A stretch of 64,000 bases of DNA from Auanema rhodensis (GCA_964057225.1 OZ059898.1:16554001-16618000); one strand, 5' to 3'; counted from the stretch's first letter, positions 41,301 through 57,300 are shown. Numbers and translations: made by a program. Notes: generated by a model from the sequence alone, not told the origin.

Positions 41301-44300
41301 ATATCAATAAAAATTTGTTTTTAGACTAATATGGACATGGGGAATCTAATTTTGAAAACCGCATCTCTTTATCTTTCACGTGAAGCGAGTTACATACCGA
41401 GTGCACATCACGTGTACATTTAATTAGCATAAATTAAAGTTCACGTAAATTTCAAAGTCATGGTTACCATGAACCAATATCAATAAAAATTTGTTTTTAG
41501 ACTAATATGGACATGGGGAATCTAATTTTGAAAACCGCATCTCTTTATCTTTCACGTGAAGCGAGTTACATACCAAGTGCACATCACGTGTACATTTAAT
41601 TAGCATAAATTAAAGTTCACGTAAATTTCAAAGTCATGGTTACCATGCACCAATATCAATAAAAATTTGTTTTTAGACTAATATGGACATGGGGAATCTA
41701 ATTTTGAAAACCGCATCTCTTTATCTTTCACGTGAAGCGAGTTACATACCGAGTGCACATCACGTGTACATTTAATTAGCATAAATTAAAGTTCACGTAA
41801 ATTTCAAAGTCATGGTTACCATGAACCAATATCAATAAAAATTTGTTTTTAGACTAATATGGACATGGGGAATCTAATTTTGAAAACCGCATCTCTTTAT
41901 CTTTCACGTGAAGCGAGTTACATACCAAGTGCACATCACGTGTACATTTAATTAGCATAAATTAAAGTTCACGTAAATTTCAAAGACATGGTTACCATGC
42001 ACCAATATCAATAAAAATTTGTTTTTAGACTAATATGGACATGGTGAATCTAATTTTGAAAACCGCATCTCTTTATCTTTCACGTGAAGCGAGTTACATA
42101 CCAAGTTCACATCACGTGTACATTTAATTAGCATAAATTAAAGTTCACGTAAATTTCAAAGTCATGGTTACCATGAACCAATATCAATAAAAATTTGTTT
42201 TTAGACTAATATGGACATGGGGAATCTAATTTTGAAAACCGCATCTCTTTATCTTTCACGTGAAGCGAGTTACATACCAAGTTCACATCACGTGTACATT
42301 TAATTAGCATAAATTAAAGTTCACGTAAATTTCAAAGTCATGGTTACCATGAACCAATATCAATAAAAATTTGTTTTTAGACTAATATGGACATGGGGAA
42401 TCTAATTTTGAAAACCGCATCTCTTTATCTTTCACGTGAAGCGAGTTACATACCAAGTGCACATCACGTGTACATTTAATTAGCATAAATTAAAGTTCAC
42501 TTAAATTTCAAAGTCATGGTTACCATGAACCAATATCAATAAAAATTTGTTTTTAGACTAATATGGACATGGGGAATCTAATTTTGAAAACCGCATCTCT
42601 TTATCTCTCACGTGAAGCGAGTTACATACCGAGTGCACATCACGTGTACATTTAATTAGCATAAATTAAAGTTCACGTAAATTTCAAAGTCATGGTTACC
42701 ATGAACCAATATCAATAAAAATTTGTTTTTAGACTAATATGGACATGGGGAATCTAATTTTGAAAACCGCATCTCTTTATCTTTCACGTGAAGCGAGTTA
42801 CATACCGAGTGCACATCACGTGTACATTTAATTAGCATAAATTAAAGTTCACGTAAATTTCAAAGTCATGGTTACCATGAACCAATATCAATAAAAATTT
42901 GTTTTTAGACTAATATGGACATGGGGAATCTAATTTTGAAAACCGCATCTCTTTATCTTTCACGTGAAGCGAGTTACATACCAAGTGCACATCACGTGTA
43001 CATTTAATTAGCATAAATTAAAGTTCACGTAAATTTCAAAGACATGGTTACCATGAACCAATATCAATAAAAATTTGTTTTTAGACTAATATGGACATGG
43101 GGAATCTAATTTTGAAAACCGCATCTCTTTATCTTTCACGTAAAGCGAGTTACATACCAAGTGCACATCACGTGTACATTTAATTAGCATAAATTAAAGT
43201 TCACGTAAATTTCAAAGACATGGTTACCATGAACCAATATCAATAAAAATTTGTTTTTAGACTAATATGGACATGGGAAATCTAATTTTGAAAACCGCAT
43301 CTCTTTATCTTTCACGTGAAGCGAGTAACATACCAAGTGCACATCACGTGTACATTTAATTAGCATAAATTAAAGTTCACGTAAATTTCAAAGTCATGGT
43401 TACCATGAACCAATATCAATAAAAATTTGTTTTTAGACTAATATGGACATGGGGAATCTAATTTTGAAAACCGCATCTCTTTATCTTTCACGTGAAGCGA
43501 GTTTCATACCAAGTGCACATCACGTGTACATTTAATTAGCATAAATTAAAGTTCACGTAAATTTCAAAGTCATGGTTACCATGAACCAATATCAATAAAA
43601 ATTTGTTTTTAGACTAATATGGACATGGGGAATCTAATTTTGAAAACCGCATCTCTTTATCTTTCACGTGAAGCGAGTTACATACCAAGTGCACATCACG
43701 TGTACATTTAATTAGCATAAATTAAAGTTCACGTAAATTTCATAGACATGGTTACCATGAACCAATATCAATAAAAATTTGTTTTTAGACTAATATGGAC
43801 ATGGGGAATCTAATTTTGAAAACCGCATCTCTTTATCTTTCACGTGAAGCGAGTTACATACCAAGTGCACATCACGTGTACATTTAATTAGCATAAATTA
43901 AAGTTCACGTAAATTTCAAAGTCATGGTTACCATGCACCAATATCAATAAAAATTTGTTTTTAGACTAATATGGACATGGGGAATCTAATTTTGAAAACC
44001 GCATCTCTTTATCTTTCACGTGAAGCGAGTTACATACCGAGTGCACATCACGTGTACATTTAATTAGCATAAATTAAAGTTCACGTAAATTTCAAAGACA
44101 TGGTTACCATGAACCAATATCAATAAAAATTTGTTTTTAGACTAATATGGACATGGGGAATCTAATTTTGAAAACCGCATCTCTTTATCTTTCACGTGAA
44201 GCGAGTTACATACCGAGTGCACATCACGTGTACATTTAATTAGCATAAATTAAAGTTCACGTAAATTTCAAAGTCATGGTTACCATGAACCAATATCAAT

Positions 44301-44854
44301 AAAAATTTGTTTTTAGACTAATATGGACATGGGGAATCTAATTTTGAAAACCGCATCTCTTTATCTTTCACGTGAAGCGAGTTACATACCAAGTGCACAT
44401 CACGTGTACATTTAATTAGCATAAATTAAAGTTCACGTAAATTTCAAAGTCATGGTTACCATGAACCAATATCAATAAAAATTTGTTTTTAGACTAATAT
44501 GGACATGGGGAATCTAATTTTGAAAACCGCATCTCTTTATCTTTCACGTGAAGCGAGTTACATACCGAGTGCACATCACGTGTACATTTAATTAGCATAA
44601 ATTAAAGTTCACGTAAATTTCAAAGTCATGGTTACCATGAACCAATATCAATAAAAATTTGTTTTTAGACTAATATGGACATGGGGAATCTAATTTTGAA
44701 AACCGCATCTCTTTATCTTTCACGTGAAGCGAGTTACATACCAAGTGCACATCACGTGTACATTTAATTAGCATTAATTAAAGTTCACGTAAATTTCAAA
44801 GTCATGGTTACCATGAACCAATATCAATAAAAATTTGTTTTTAGACTAATATGG
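38343..44854 (+). repeat. 16-monomer block duplicated at a 20/21-monomer offset
   Basis: Private variant CACGTAAAGCG occurs at 39622 and 43142 (3520 apart). GAGTTTCA and TTCATAGACA are 3696 apart, after one extra monomer at 43271. Confidence 0.88.
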
Positions 44855-47800
44855 ACATGGGGAATCTAATTTTGAAAACCGCATCTCTTTATCTTTCACG
44901 TGAAGCGAGTTACATACCAAGTGCACATCACGTGTACATTTAATTAGCATTAATTAAAGTTCACGTAAATTTCAAAGTCATGGTTACCATGAACCAATAT
45001 CAATAAAAATTTGTTTTTAGACTAATATGGACATGGGGAATCTAATTTTGAAAACCGCATCTCTTTATCTTTCACGTGAAGCGAGTTACATACCAAGTGC
45101 ACATCACGTGTACATTTAATTAGCATAAATTAAAGTTCACGTAAATTTCAAAGACATGGTTACCATGAACCAATATCAATAAAAATTTGTTTTTAGACTA
45201 ATATGGACATGGGAAATCTAATTTTGAAAACCGCATCTCTTTATCTTTCACGTGAAGCGAGTAACATACCAAGTGCACATCACGTGTACATTTAATTAGC
45301 ATAAATTAAAGTTCACGTAAATTTCAAAGTCATGGTTACCATGAACCAATATCAATAAAAATTTGTTTTTAGACTAATATGGACATGGGGAATCTAATTT
45401 TGAAAACCGCATCTCTTTATCTTTCACGTGAAGCGAGTTACATACCAAGTGCACATCACGTGTACATTTAATTAGCATAAATTAAAGTTCACGTAAATTT
45501 CAAAGACATGGTTACCATGAACCAATATCAATAAAAATTTGTTTTTAGACTAATATGGACATGGGGAATCTAATTTTGAAAACCGCATCTCTTTATCTTT
45601 CACGTGAAGCGAGTTACATACCGAGTGCACATCACGTGTACATTTAATTAGCATAAATTAAAGTTCACGTAAATTTCAAAGTCATGGTTACCATGAACCA
45701 ATATCAATAAAAATTTGTTTTTAGACTAATATGGACATGGGGAATCTAATTTTGAAAACCGCATCTCTTTATCTTTCACGTGAAGCGAGTTACATACCAA
45801 GTGCACATCACGTGTACATTTAATTAGCATAAATTAAAGTTCACGTAAATTTCAAAGTCATGGTTACCATGAACCAATATCAATAAAAATTTGTTTTTAG
45901 ACTAATATGGACATGGGGAATCTAATTTTGAAAACCGCATCTCTTTATCTTTCACGTGAAGCGAGTTACATACCAAGTGCACATCACGTGTACATTTAAT
46001 TAGCATAAATTAAAGTTCACGTAAATTTCAAAGACATGGTTACCATGAACCAATATCAATAAAAATTTGTTTTTAGACTAATATGGACATGGGAAATCTA
46101 ATTTTGAAAACCGCATCTCTTTATCTTTCACGTGAAGCGAGTAACATACCAAGTGCACATCACGTGTACATTTAATTAGCATAAATTAAAGTTCACGTAA
46201 ATTTCAAAGTCATGGTTACCATGAACCAATATCAATAAAAATTTGTTTTTAGACTAATATGGACATGGGGAATCTAATTTTGAAAACCGCATCTCTTTAT
46301 CTTTCACGTGAAGCGAGTTACATACCAAGTGCACATCACGTGTACATTTAATTAGCATAAATTAAAGTTCACGTAAATTTCAAAGACATGGTTACCATGA
46401 ACCAATATCAATAAAAATTTGTTTTTAGACTAATATGGACATGGGGAATCTAATTTTGAAAACTGCATCTCTTTATCTTTCACGTGAAGCGAGTTACATA
46501 CCGAGTGCACATCACGTGTACATTTAATTAGCATAAATTAAAGTTCACGTAAATTTCAAAGACATGGTTACCATGAACCAATATCAATAAAAATTTGTTT
46601 TTAGACTAATATGGACATGGTGAATCTAATTTTGAAAACCGCATCTCTTTATCTTTCACGTGAAGCGAGTTACATACCAAGTTCACATCACGTGTACATT
46701 TAATTAGCATAAATTAAAGTTCACGTAAATTTCAAAGTCATGGTTACCATGAACCAATATCAATAAAAATTTGTTTTTAGACTAATATGGACATGGGGAA
46801 TCTAATTTTGAAAACCGCATCTCTTTATCTTTCACGTGAAGCGAGTTACATACCAAGTGCACATCACGTGTACATTTAATTAGCATAAATTAAAGTTCAC
46901 GTAAATTTCAAAGACATGGTTACCATGAACCAATATCAATAAAAATTTGTTTTTAGACTAATATGGACATGGGAAATCTAATTTTGAAAACCGCATCTCT
47001 TTATCTTTCACGTGAAGCGAGTAACATACCAAGTGCACATCACGTGTACATTTAATTAGCATAAATTAAAGTTCACGTAAATTTCAAAGTCATGGTTACC
47101 ATGAACCAATATCAATAAAAATTTGTTTTTAGACTAATATGGACATGGGGAATCTAATTTTGAAAACCGCATCTCTTTATCTTTCACGTGAAGCGAGTTA
47201 CATACCAAGTGCACATCACGTGTACATTTAATTAGCATAAATTAAAGTTCACGTAAATTTCAAAGACATGGTTACCATGAACCAATATCAATAAAAATTT
47301 GTTTTTAGACTAATATGGACATGGTGAATCTAATTTTGAAAACCGCACCTCTTTATCTTTCACGTGAAGCGAGTTACATACCGAGTGCACATCACGTGTA
47401 CATTTAATTAGCATAAATTAAAGTTCACGTAAATTTCAAAGTCATGGTTACCATGAACCAATATCAATAAAAATTTGTTTTTAGACTAATATGGACATGG
47501 GGAATCTAATTTTGAAAATCGCATCTCTTTATCTTTCACGGGAAGCGAGTTACATACCAAGTGCACATCACGTGTACATTTAATTAGCATAAATTAAAGT
47601 TCACGTAAATTTCAAAGTCATGGTTACCATGCACCAATATCAATAAAAATTTGTTTTTAGACTAATATGGACATGGGGAATCTAATTTTGAAAACCGCAT
47701 CTCTTTATCTTTCACGTGAAGCGAGTTACATACCAAGTGCACATCACGTGTACATTTAATTAGCATAAATTAAAGTTCACGTAAATTTCAAAGTCATGGT

Positions 47801-50800
47801 TACCATGCACCAATATCAATAAAAATTTGTTTTTAGACTAATATGGACATGGGGAATCTAATTTTGAAAACCGCATCTTTTTATCTTTCACGTGAAGCGA
47901 GTTACATACCAAGTGCACATCACGTGTACATTTAATTAACATTAATTAAAGTTCACGTAAATTTCAAAGTCATGGTTACCATGCACCAATATCAATAAAA
48001 ATTTGTTTTTAGACTAATATGGACATGGGGAATCTAATTTTGAAAACCGCATCTCTTTATCTTTCACGTGAAGCGAGTTACATACCGAGTGCACATCACG
48101 TGTACATTTAATTAGCATAAATTAAAGTTCACGTAAATTTCAAAGTCATGGTTACCATGAACCAATATCAATAAAAATTTGTTTTTAGACTAATATGGAC
48201 ATGGGGAATCTAATTTTGAAAACCGCATCTCTTTATCTTTCACGTGAAGCGAGTTACATACCAAGTGCACATCACGTGTACATTTAATTAGCATAAATTA
48301 AAGTTCACGTAAATTTCAAAGACATGGTTACCATGAACCAATATCAATAAAAATTTGTTTTTAGACTAATATGGACATGGTGAATCTAATTTTGAAAACC
48401 GCATCTCTTTATCTTTCACGTGAAGCGAGTTACATACCAAGTTCACATCACGTGTACATTTAATTAGCATAAATTAAAGTTCACGTAAATTTCAAAGTCA
48501 TGGTTACCATGAACCAATATCAATAAAAATTTGTTTTTAGACTAATATGGACATGGGGAATCTAATTTTGAAAACCGCATCTCTTTATCTTTCACGTGAA
48601 GCGAGTTACATACCAAGTGCACATCACGTGTACATTTAATTAGCATAAATTAAAGTTCACGTAAATTTCAAAGTCATGGTTACCATGAACCAATATCAAT
48701 AAAAATTTGTTTTTAGACTAATATGGACATGGGGAATCTAATTTTGAAAACCGCATCTCTTTATCTTTCACGTGAAGCGAGTTACATACCAAGTGCACAT
48801 CACGTGTACATTTAATTAGCATAAATTAAAGTTCACGTAAATTTCAAAGACATGGTTACCATGAACCAATATCAATAAAAATTTGTTTTTAGACTAATAT
48901 GGACATGGTGAATCTAATTTTGAAAACCGCATCTCTTTATCTTTCACGTGAAGCGAGTTACATACCAAGTTCACATCACGTGTACATTTAATTAGCATAA
49001 ATTAAAGTTCACGTAAATTTCAAAGTCATGGTTACCATGAACCAATATCAATAAAAATTTGTTTTTAGACTAATATGGACATGGTGAATCTAATTTTGAA
49101 AACCGCATCTCTTTATCTTTCACGTGAAGCGAGTTACATACCAAGTGCACATCACGTGTACATTTAATTAGCATAAATTAAAGTTCACGTAAATTTCAAA
49201 GTCATGATTACCATGAACCAATATCAATAAAAATTTGTTTTTAGACTAATATGGACATGGGGAATCTAATTTTGAAAACCGCATCTCTTTATCTTTCACG
49301 TGAAGCGAGTTACATACCAAGTGCACATCACGTGTACATTTAATTAGCATAAATTAAAGTTCACGTAAATTTCAAAGTCATGGTTACCATGCACCAATAT
49401 CAATAAAAATTTGTTTTTAGACTAATATGGACATGGGGAATCTAATTTTGAAAACCGCATCTCTTTATCTTTCACGTGAAGCGAGTTACATACCAAGTGC
49501 ACATCACGTGTACATTTAATTAGCATAAATTAAAGTTCACGTAAATTTCAAAGACATGGTTACCATGAACCAATATCAATAAAAATTTGTTTTTAGACTA
49601 ATATGGACATGGTGAATCTAATTTTGAAAACCGCATCTCTTTATCTTTCACGTGAAGCGAGTTACATACCAAGTGCACATCACGTGTACATTTAATTAGC
49701 ATAAATTAAAGTTCACGTAAATTTCAAAGACATGGTTACCATGAACCAATATCAATAAAAATTTGTTTTTAGACTAATATGGACATGGGGAATCTAATTT
49801 TGAAAACCGCATCTCTTTATCTTTCACGTGAAGCGAGTTACATACCAAGTGCACATCACGTGTACATTTAATTAGCATAAATTAAAGTTCACGTAAATTT
49901 CAAAGTCATGGTTACCATGCACCAATATCAATAAAAATTTGTTTTTAGACTAATATGGACATGGGGAATCTAATTTTGAAAACCGCATCTCTTTATCTTT
50001 CACGTGAAGCGAGTTACATACCAAGTGCACATCACGTGTACATTTAATTAGCATAAATTAAAGTTCACGTAAATTTCAAAGTCATGGTTACCATGCACCA
50101 ATATCAATAAAAATTTGTTTTTAGACTAATATGGACATGGGGAATCTAATTTTGAAAACCGCATCTCTTTATCTTTCACGTGAAGCGAGTTACATACCAA
50201 GTGCACATCACGTGTACATTTAATTAGCATAAATTAAAGTTCACGTAAATTTCAAAGTCATGGTTACCATGCACCAATATCAATAAAAATTTGTTTTTAG
50301 ACTAATATGGATATGGGGAATCTAATTTTGAAAACCGCATCTCTTTATCTTTCACGTGAAGCGAGTTACATACCAAGTGCACATCACGTAAACATTTAAT
50401 TAGCATAAATTAAAGTTCACGTAAATTTCAAAGTCATGGTTACCATGAACCAATATCAATAAAAATTTGTTTTTAGACTAATATGGACATGGGGAATCTA
50501 ATTTTGAAAACCGCATCTTTTTATCTTTCACGGGAAGCGAGTTACATACCAAGTGCACATCACGTGTACATTTAATTAGCATAAATTAAAGTTCACGTAA
50601 ATTTCAAAGTCATGGTTACCATGAACCAATATCAATAAAAATTTGTTTTTAGACTAATATGGACATGGGGAATCTAATTTTGAAAACCGCATCTCTTTAT
50701 CTTTCACGTGAAGCGAGTTACATACCAAGTGCACATCACGTGTACATTTAATTAGCATAAATTAAAGTTCACGTAAATTTCAAAGTCATGGTTACCATGA

Positions 50801-50975
50801 ACCAATATCAATAAAAATTTGTTTTTAGACTAATATGGACATGGGGAATCTAATTTTGAAAACCGCATCTCTTTATCTTTCACGTGAAGCGAGTTACATA
50901 CCAAGTGCACATCACGTGTACATTTAATTAGCATAAATTAAAGTTCACGTAAATTTCAAAGTCATGGTTACCATG

Positions 50976-51041
50976 AACCAATATCAATAACCAATATCAA
51001 TGAATCTAATATCAATAACCAATATCAATGAATCTAATTTT
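50976..51041 (+). repeat. Rearranged monomer junction: 31-bp deletion replaced by a 39-bp locally templated insertion
   Basis: The 28-mer AATATCAATAACCAATATCAATGAATCT occurs at 50980-51007 and again at 51008-51035; net +8 bp. Confidence 0.94.
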
Positions 51042-51374
51042 GAAAAGCGCATCTCTTTATCTTTCACGTGAAGCGAGTTACATACCAAGTGCACATCACG
51101 TGTACATTTAATTAGCATAAATTAAAGTTCACGTAAATTTCAAAGTCATGGTTACCATGAACCAATATCAATAAAAATTTGTTTTTAGACTAATATGGAC
51201 ATGGGGAATCTAATTTTGAAAACCGCATCTCTTTATCTTTCACGTGAAGCGAGTTACATACCAAGTGCACATCACGTGTACATTTAATTAGCATAAATTA
51301 AAGTTCACGTAAATTTCAAAGTCATGGTTACCATGAACCAATATCAATAAAAATTTGTTTTTAGACTAATATGG

Positions 51375-54300
51375 ACATGAGGAATCTAATTTTGAAAACC
51401 GCATCTCTTTATCTTTCACGTGAAGCGAGTTACATACCAAGTGCACATCACGTGTACATTTAATTAGCATAAATTAAAGTTCACGTAAATTTCAAAGACA
51501 TGGTTACCATGAACCAATATCAATAAAAATTTGTTTTTAGACTAATATGGACATGGTGAATCTAATTTTGAAAACCGCATCTCTTTATCTTTCACGTGAA
51601 GCGAGTTACATACCAAGTGCACATCACGTGTACATTTAATTAGCATATATTAAAGTTCACGTAAATTTCAAAGTCATGGTTACCATGCACCAATATCAAT
51701 AAAAATTTGTTTTTAGACTAATATGGACATGGTGAATCTAATTTTGAAAAGCGCATCTCTTTATCTTTCACGTGAAGCGAGTTACATACCAAGTGCACAT
51801 CACGTGTACATTTAATTAGCATAAATTAAAGTTCACGTAAATTTCAAAGACATGGTTACCATGAACCAATATCAATAAAAATTTGTTTTTAGACTAATAT
51901 GGACATGGTGAATCTAATTTTGAAAAGCGCATCTCTTTATCTTTCACGTGAAGCGAGTTACATACCAAGTGCACATCACGTAAACATTTAATTAGCATAA
52001 ATTAAAGTTCACGTAAATTTCAAAGTCATGGTTACCATGAACCAATATCAATAAAAAATTGTTTTTAGACTAATATGGACATGGGGAATCTAGTTTTGAA
52101 AACCGCATCTCTTTATCTTTCACGTGAAGCGAGTTACATACCAAGTGCACATCACGTAAACATTTAATTAGCATAAATTAAAGTTCACGTAAATTTCAAA
52201 GTCATGGTTACCATGAACCAATATCAATAAAAATTTGTTTTTAGACTAATATGGACATGGGGAATCTAATTTTGAAAACCGCATCTCTTTATCTTTCACG
52301 TGAAGCGAGTTACATACCAAGTGCACATCACGTGTACATTTAATTAGCATAAATTAAAGTTCACGTAAATTTCAAAGTCATGATTACCATGAACCAATAT
52401 CAATAAAAATTTGTTTTTAGACTAATATGGACATGGGGAATCTAATTTTGAAAACCGCATCTCTTTATCTTTCACGTGAAGCGAGTTACATACCAAGTGC
52501 ACATCACGTGTACATTTAATTAGCATAAATTAAAGTTCACGTAAATTTCAAAGTCATGGTTACCATGAACCAATATCAATAAAAATTTGTTTTTAGACTA
52601 ATATGGACATGGGGAATCTAATTTTGAAAACCGCATCTCTTTATCTTTCACGTGAAGCGAGTTACATACCAAGTGCACATCACGTGTACATTTAATTAGC
52701 ATAAATTAAAGTTCACGTAAATTTCAAAGTCATGGTTACCATGAACCAATATCAATAAAAATTTGTTTTTAGACTAATATGGACATGGGGAATCTAATTT
52801 TGAAAACCGCATCTCTTTATCTTTCACGTGAAGCGAGTTACATACCAAGTGCACATCACGTGTACATTTAATTAGCATAAATTAAAGTTCACGTAAATTT
52901 CAAAGTCATGGTTACCATGAACCAATATCAATAAAAAATTGTTTTTAGACTAATATGGACATGGGGAATCTAGTTTTGAAAACCGCATCTCTTTATCTTT
53001 CACGTGAAGCGAGTTACATACCAAGTGCACATCACGTAAACATTTAATTAGCATAAATTAAAGTTCACGTAAATTTCAAAGTCATGGTTACCATGAACCA
53101 ATATCAATAAAAATTTGTTTTTAGACTAATATGGACATGGGGAATCTAATTTTGAAAACCGCATCTCTTTATCTTTCACGTGAAGCGAGTTACATACCAA
53201 GTGCACATCACGTAAACATTTAATTAGCATAAATTAAAGTTCACGTAAATTTCAAAGTCATGATTACCATGAACCAATATCAATAAAAATTTGTTTTTAG
53301 ACTAATATGGACATGGGGAATCTAATTTTGAAAACCGCATCTCTTTATCTTTCACGTGAAGCGAGTTACATACCAAGTGCACATCACGTGTACATTTAAT
53401 TAGCATAAATTAAAGTTCACGTAAATTTCAAAGTCATGGTTACCATGAACCAATATCAATAAAAATTTGTTTTTAGACTAATATGGACATGGGGAATCTA
53501 ATTTTGAAAACCGCATCTCTTTATCTTTCACGTGAAGCGAGTTACATACCAAGTGCACATCACGTGTACATTTAATTAGCATAAATTAAAGTTCACGTAA
53601 ATTTCAAAGTCATGGTTACCATGAACCAATATCAATAAAAATTTGTTTTTAGACTAATATGGACATGGGGAATCTAATTTTGAAAACCGCATCTCTTTAT
53701 CTTTCACGTGAAGCGAGTTACATACCAAGTGCACATCACGTGTACATTTAATTAGCATAAATTAAAGTTCACGTAAATTTCAAAGTCATGATTACCATGA
53801 ACCAATATCAATAAAAATTTGTTTTTAGACTAATATGGACATGGGGAATCTAATTTTGAAAACCGCATCTCTTTATCTTTCACGTGAAGCGAGTTACATA
53901 CCAAGTGCACATCACGTGTACATTTAATTAGCATAAATTAAAGTTCACGTAAATTTCAAAGTCATGGTTACCATGAACCAATATCAATAAAAATTTGTTT
54001 TTAGACTAATATGGACATGAGGAATCTAATTTTGAAAACCGCATCTCTTTATCTTTCACGTGAAGCGAGTTACATACCAAGTGCACATCACGTGTACATT
54101 TAATTAGCATATATTAAAGTTCACGTAAATTTCAAAGTCATGGTTACCATGCACCAATATCAATAAAAATTTGTTTTTAGACTAATATGGACATGGTGAA
54201 TCTAATTTTGAAAAGCGCATCTCTTTATCTTTCACGTGAAGCGAGTTACATACCAAGTGCACATCACGTGTACATTTAATTAGCATAAATTAAAGTTCAC

Positions 54301-57300
54301 GTAAATTTCAAAGACATGGTTACCATGAACCAATATCAATAAAAATTTGTTTTTAGACTAATATGGACATGGTGAATCTAATTTTGAAAAGCGCATCTCT
54401 TTATCTTTCACGTGAAGCGAGTTACATACCAAGTGCACATCACGTAAACATTTAATTAGCATAAATTAAAGTTCACGTAAATTTCAAAGTCATGGTTACC
54501 ATGAACCAATATCAATAAAAATTTGTTTTTAGACTAATATGGACATGGGGAATCTAGTTTTGAAAACCGCATCTCTTTATCTTTCACGTGAAGCGAGTTA
54601 CATACCAAGTGCACATCACGTAAACATTTAATTAGCATAAATTAAAGTTCACGTAAATTTCAAAGTCATGGTTACCATGGACCAATATCAATAAAAATTT
54701 GTTTTTAGACTAATATGGACATGGGGAATCTAATTTTGAAAACCGCATCTCTTTATCTTTCACGTGAAGCGAGTTACATACCAAGTGCACATCACGTGTA
54801 CATTTAATTAGCATAAATTAAAGTTCACGTAAATTTCAAAGTCATGGTTACCATGAACCAATATCAATAAAAATTTGTTTTTAGACTAATATGGACATGG
54901 GGAATCTAATTTTGAAAACCGCATCTCTTTATCTTTCACGTGAAGCGAGTTACATACCAAGTGCACATCACGTGTACATTTAATTAGCATAAATTAAAGT
55001 TCACGTGAATTTCAAAGTCATGATTACCATGAACCAATATCAATAAAAATTTGTTTTTAGACTAATATGGACATGGGGAATCTAATTTTGAAAACCGCAT
55101 CTCTTTATCTTTCACGTGAAGCGAGTTACATACCAAGTGCACATCACGTGTACATTTAATTAGCATAAATTGAAGTTCACGTAAATTTCAAAGTCATGGT
55201 TACCATTAACCAATATCAATGAAAAATTGTTTTTAGACTAATATGGACATGGGGAATCTAATTTTGAAAACCGCATCTTTTTATCTTTCACGTGAAGCGA
55301 GTTACATACCAAGTGCACATCACGTGTACATTTAATTAGCATAAATTAAAGTTCACGTAAATTTCAAAGTCATGGTTACCATGAACCAATATCAATAAAA
55401 ATTTGTTTTTAGACTAATATGGACATGGGGAATCTAATTTTGAAAACCGCATCTCTTTATCTTTCACGTGAAGCGAGTTACATACCAAGTGCACATCACG
55501 TGTACATTTAATTAGCATAAATTAAAGTTCACGTAAATTTCAAAGTCATGGTTACCATGAACCAATATCAATAAAAATTTGTTTTTAGACTAGGATGGAC
55601 ATGGGGAATCTAATTTTGAAAACCGCATCTCTTTATCTTTCACGTGAAGCGAGTTACATACCAAGTGCACATCACGTGTACATTTAATTAGCATAAATTA
55701 AAGTTCACGTAAATTTCAAAGTCATGGTTACCATGCACCAATATCAATAAAAATTTGTTTTTAGACTAATATGGACATGAGGAATCTAATTTTGAAAACC
55801 GCATCTCTTTATCTTTCACGTGAAGCGAGTTACATACCAAGTGCACATCACGTGTACATTTAATTAGCATATATTAAAGTTCACGTAAATTTCAAAGTCA
55901 TGGTTACCACGCACCAATATCAATAAAAATTTGTTTTTAGACTAATATGGACATGGTGAATCTAATTTTGAAAAGCGCATCTCTTTATCTTTCACGTGAA
56001 GCGAGTTACATACCAAGTGCACATCACGTGTACATTTAATTAGCATAAATTAAAGTTCACGTAAATTTCAAAGACATGGTTACCATGAACCAATATCAAT
56101 AAAAATTTGTTTTTAGACTAATATGGACATGGTGAATCTAATTTTGAAAAGCGCATCTCTTTATCTTTCACGTGAAGCGAGTTACATACCAAGTGCACAT
56201 CACGTAAACATTTAATTAGCATAAATTAAAGTTCACGTAAATTTCAAAGTCATGGTTACCATGAACCAATATCAATAAAAATTTGTTTTTAGACTAATAT
56301 GGACATGGGGAATCTAGTTTTGAAAACCGCATCTCTTTATCTTTCACGTGAAGCGAGTTACATACCAAGTGCACATCACGTAAACATTTAATTAGCATAA
56401 ATTAAAGTTCACGTAAATTTCAAAGTCATGGTTACCATGAACCAATATCAATAAAAATTTGTTTTTAGACTAGGATGGACATGGGGAATCTAATTTTGAA
56501 AACCGCATCTCTTTATCTTTCACGTGAAGCGAGTTACATACCAAGTGCACATCACGTGTACATTTAATTAGCATAAATTAAAGTTCACGTAAATTTCAAA
56601 GTCATGGTTACCATGCACCAATATCAATAAAAATTTGTTTTTAGACTAATATGGACATGAGGAATCTAATTTTGAAAACCGCATCTCTTTATCTTTCACG
56701 TGAAGCGAGTTACATACCAAGTGCACATCACGTGTACATTTAATTAGCATATATTAAAATTCACGTAAATTTCAAAGTCATGGTTACCATGCACCAATAT
56801 CAATAAAAATTTGTTTTTAGACTAATATGGACATGGTGAATCTAATTTTGAAAAGCGCATCTCTTTATCTTTCACGTGAAGCGAGTTACATACCAAGTGC
56901 ACATCACGTGTACATTTAATTAGCATAAATTAAAGTTCACGTAAATTTCAAAGACATGGTTACCATGAACCAATATCAATAAAAATTTGTTTTTAGACTA
57001 ATATGGACATGGTGAATCTAATTTTGAAAAGCGCATCTCTTTATCTTTCACGTGAAGCGAGTTACATACCAAGTGCACATCACGTAAACATTTAATTAGC
57101 ATAAATTAAAGTTCACGTAAATTTCAAAGTCATGGTTACCATGAACCAATATCAATAAAAATTTGTTTTTAGACTAATATGGACATGGGGAATCTAGTTT
57201 TGAAAACCGCATCTCTTTATCTTTCACGTGAAGCGAGTTACATACCAAGTGCACATCACGTAAACATTTAATTAGCATAAATTAAAGTTCACGTAAATTT

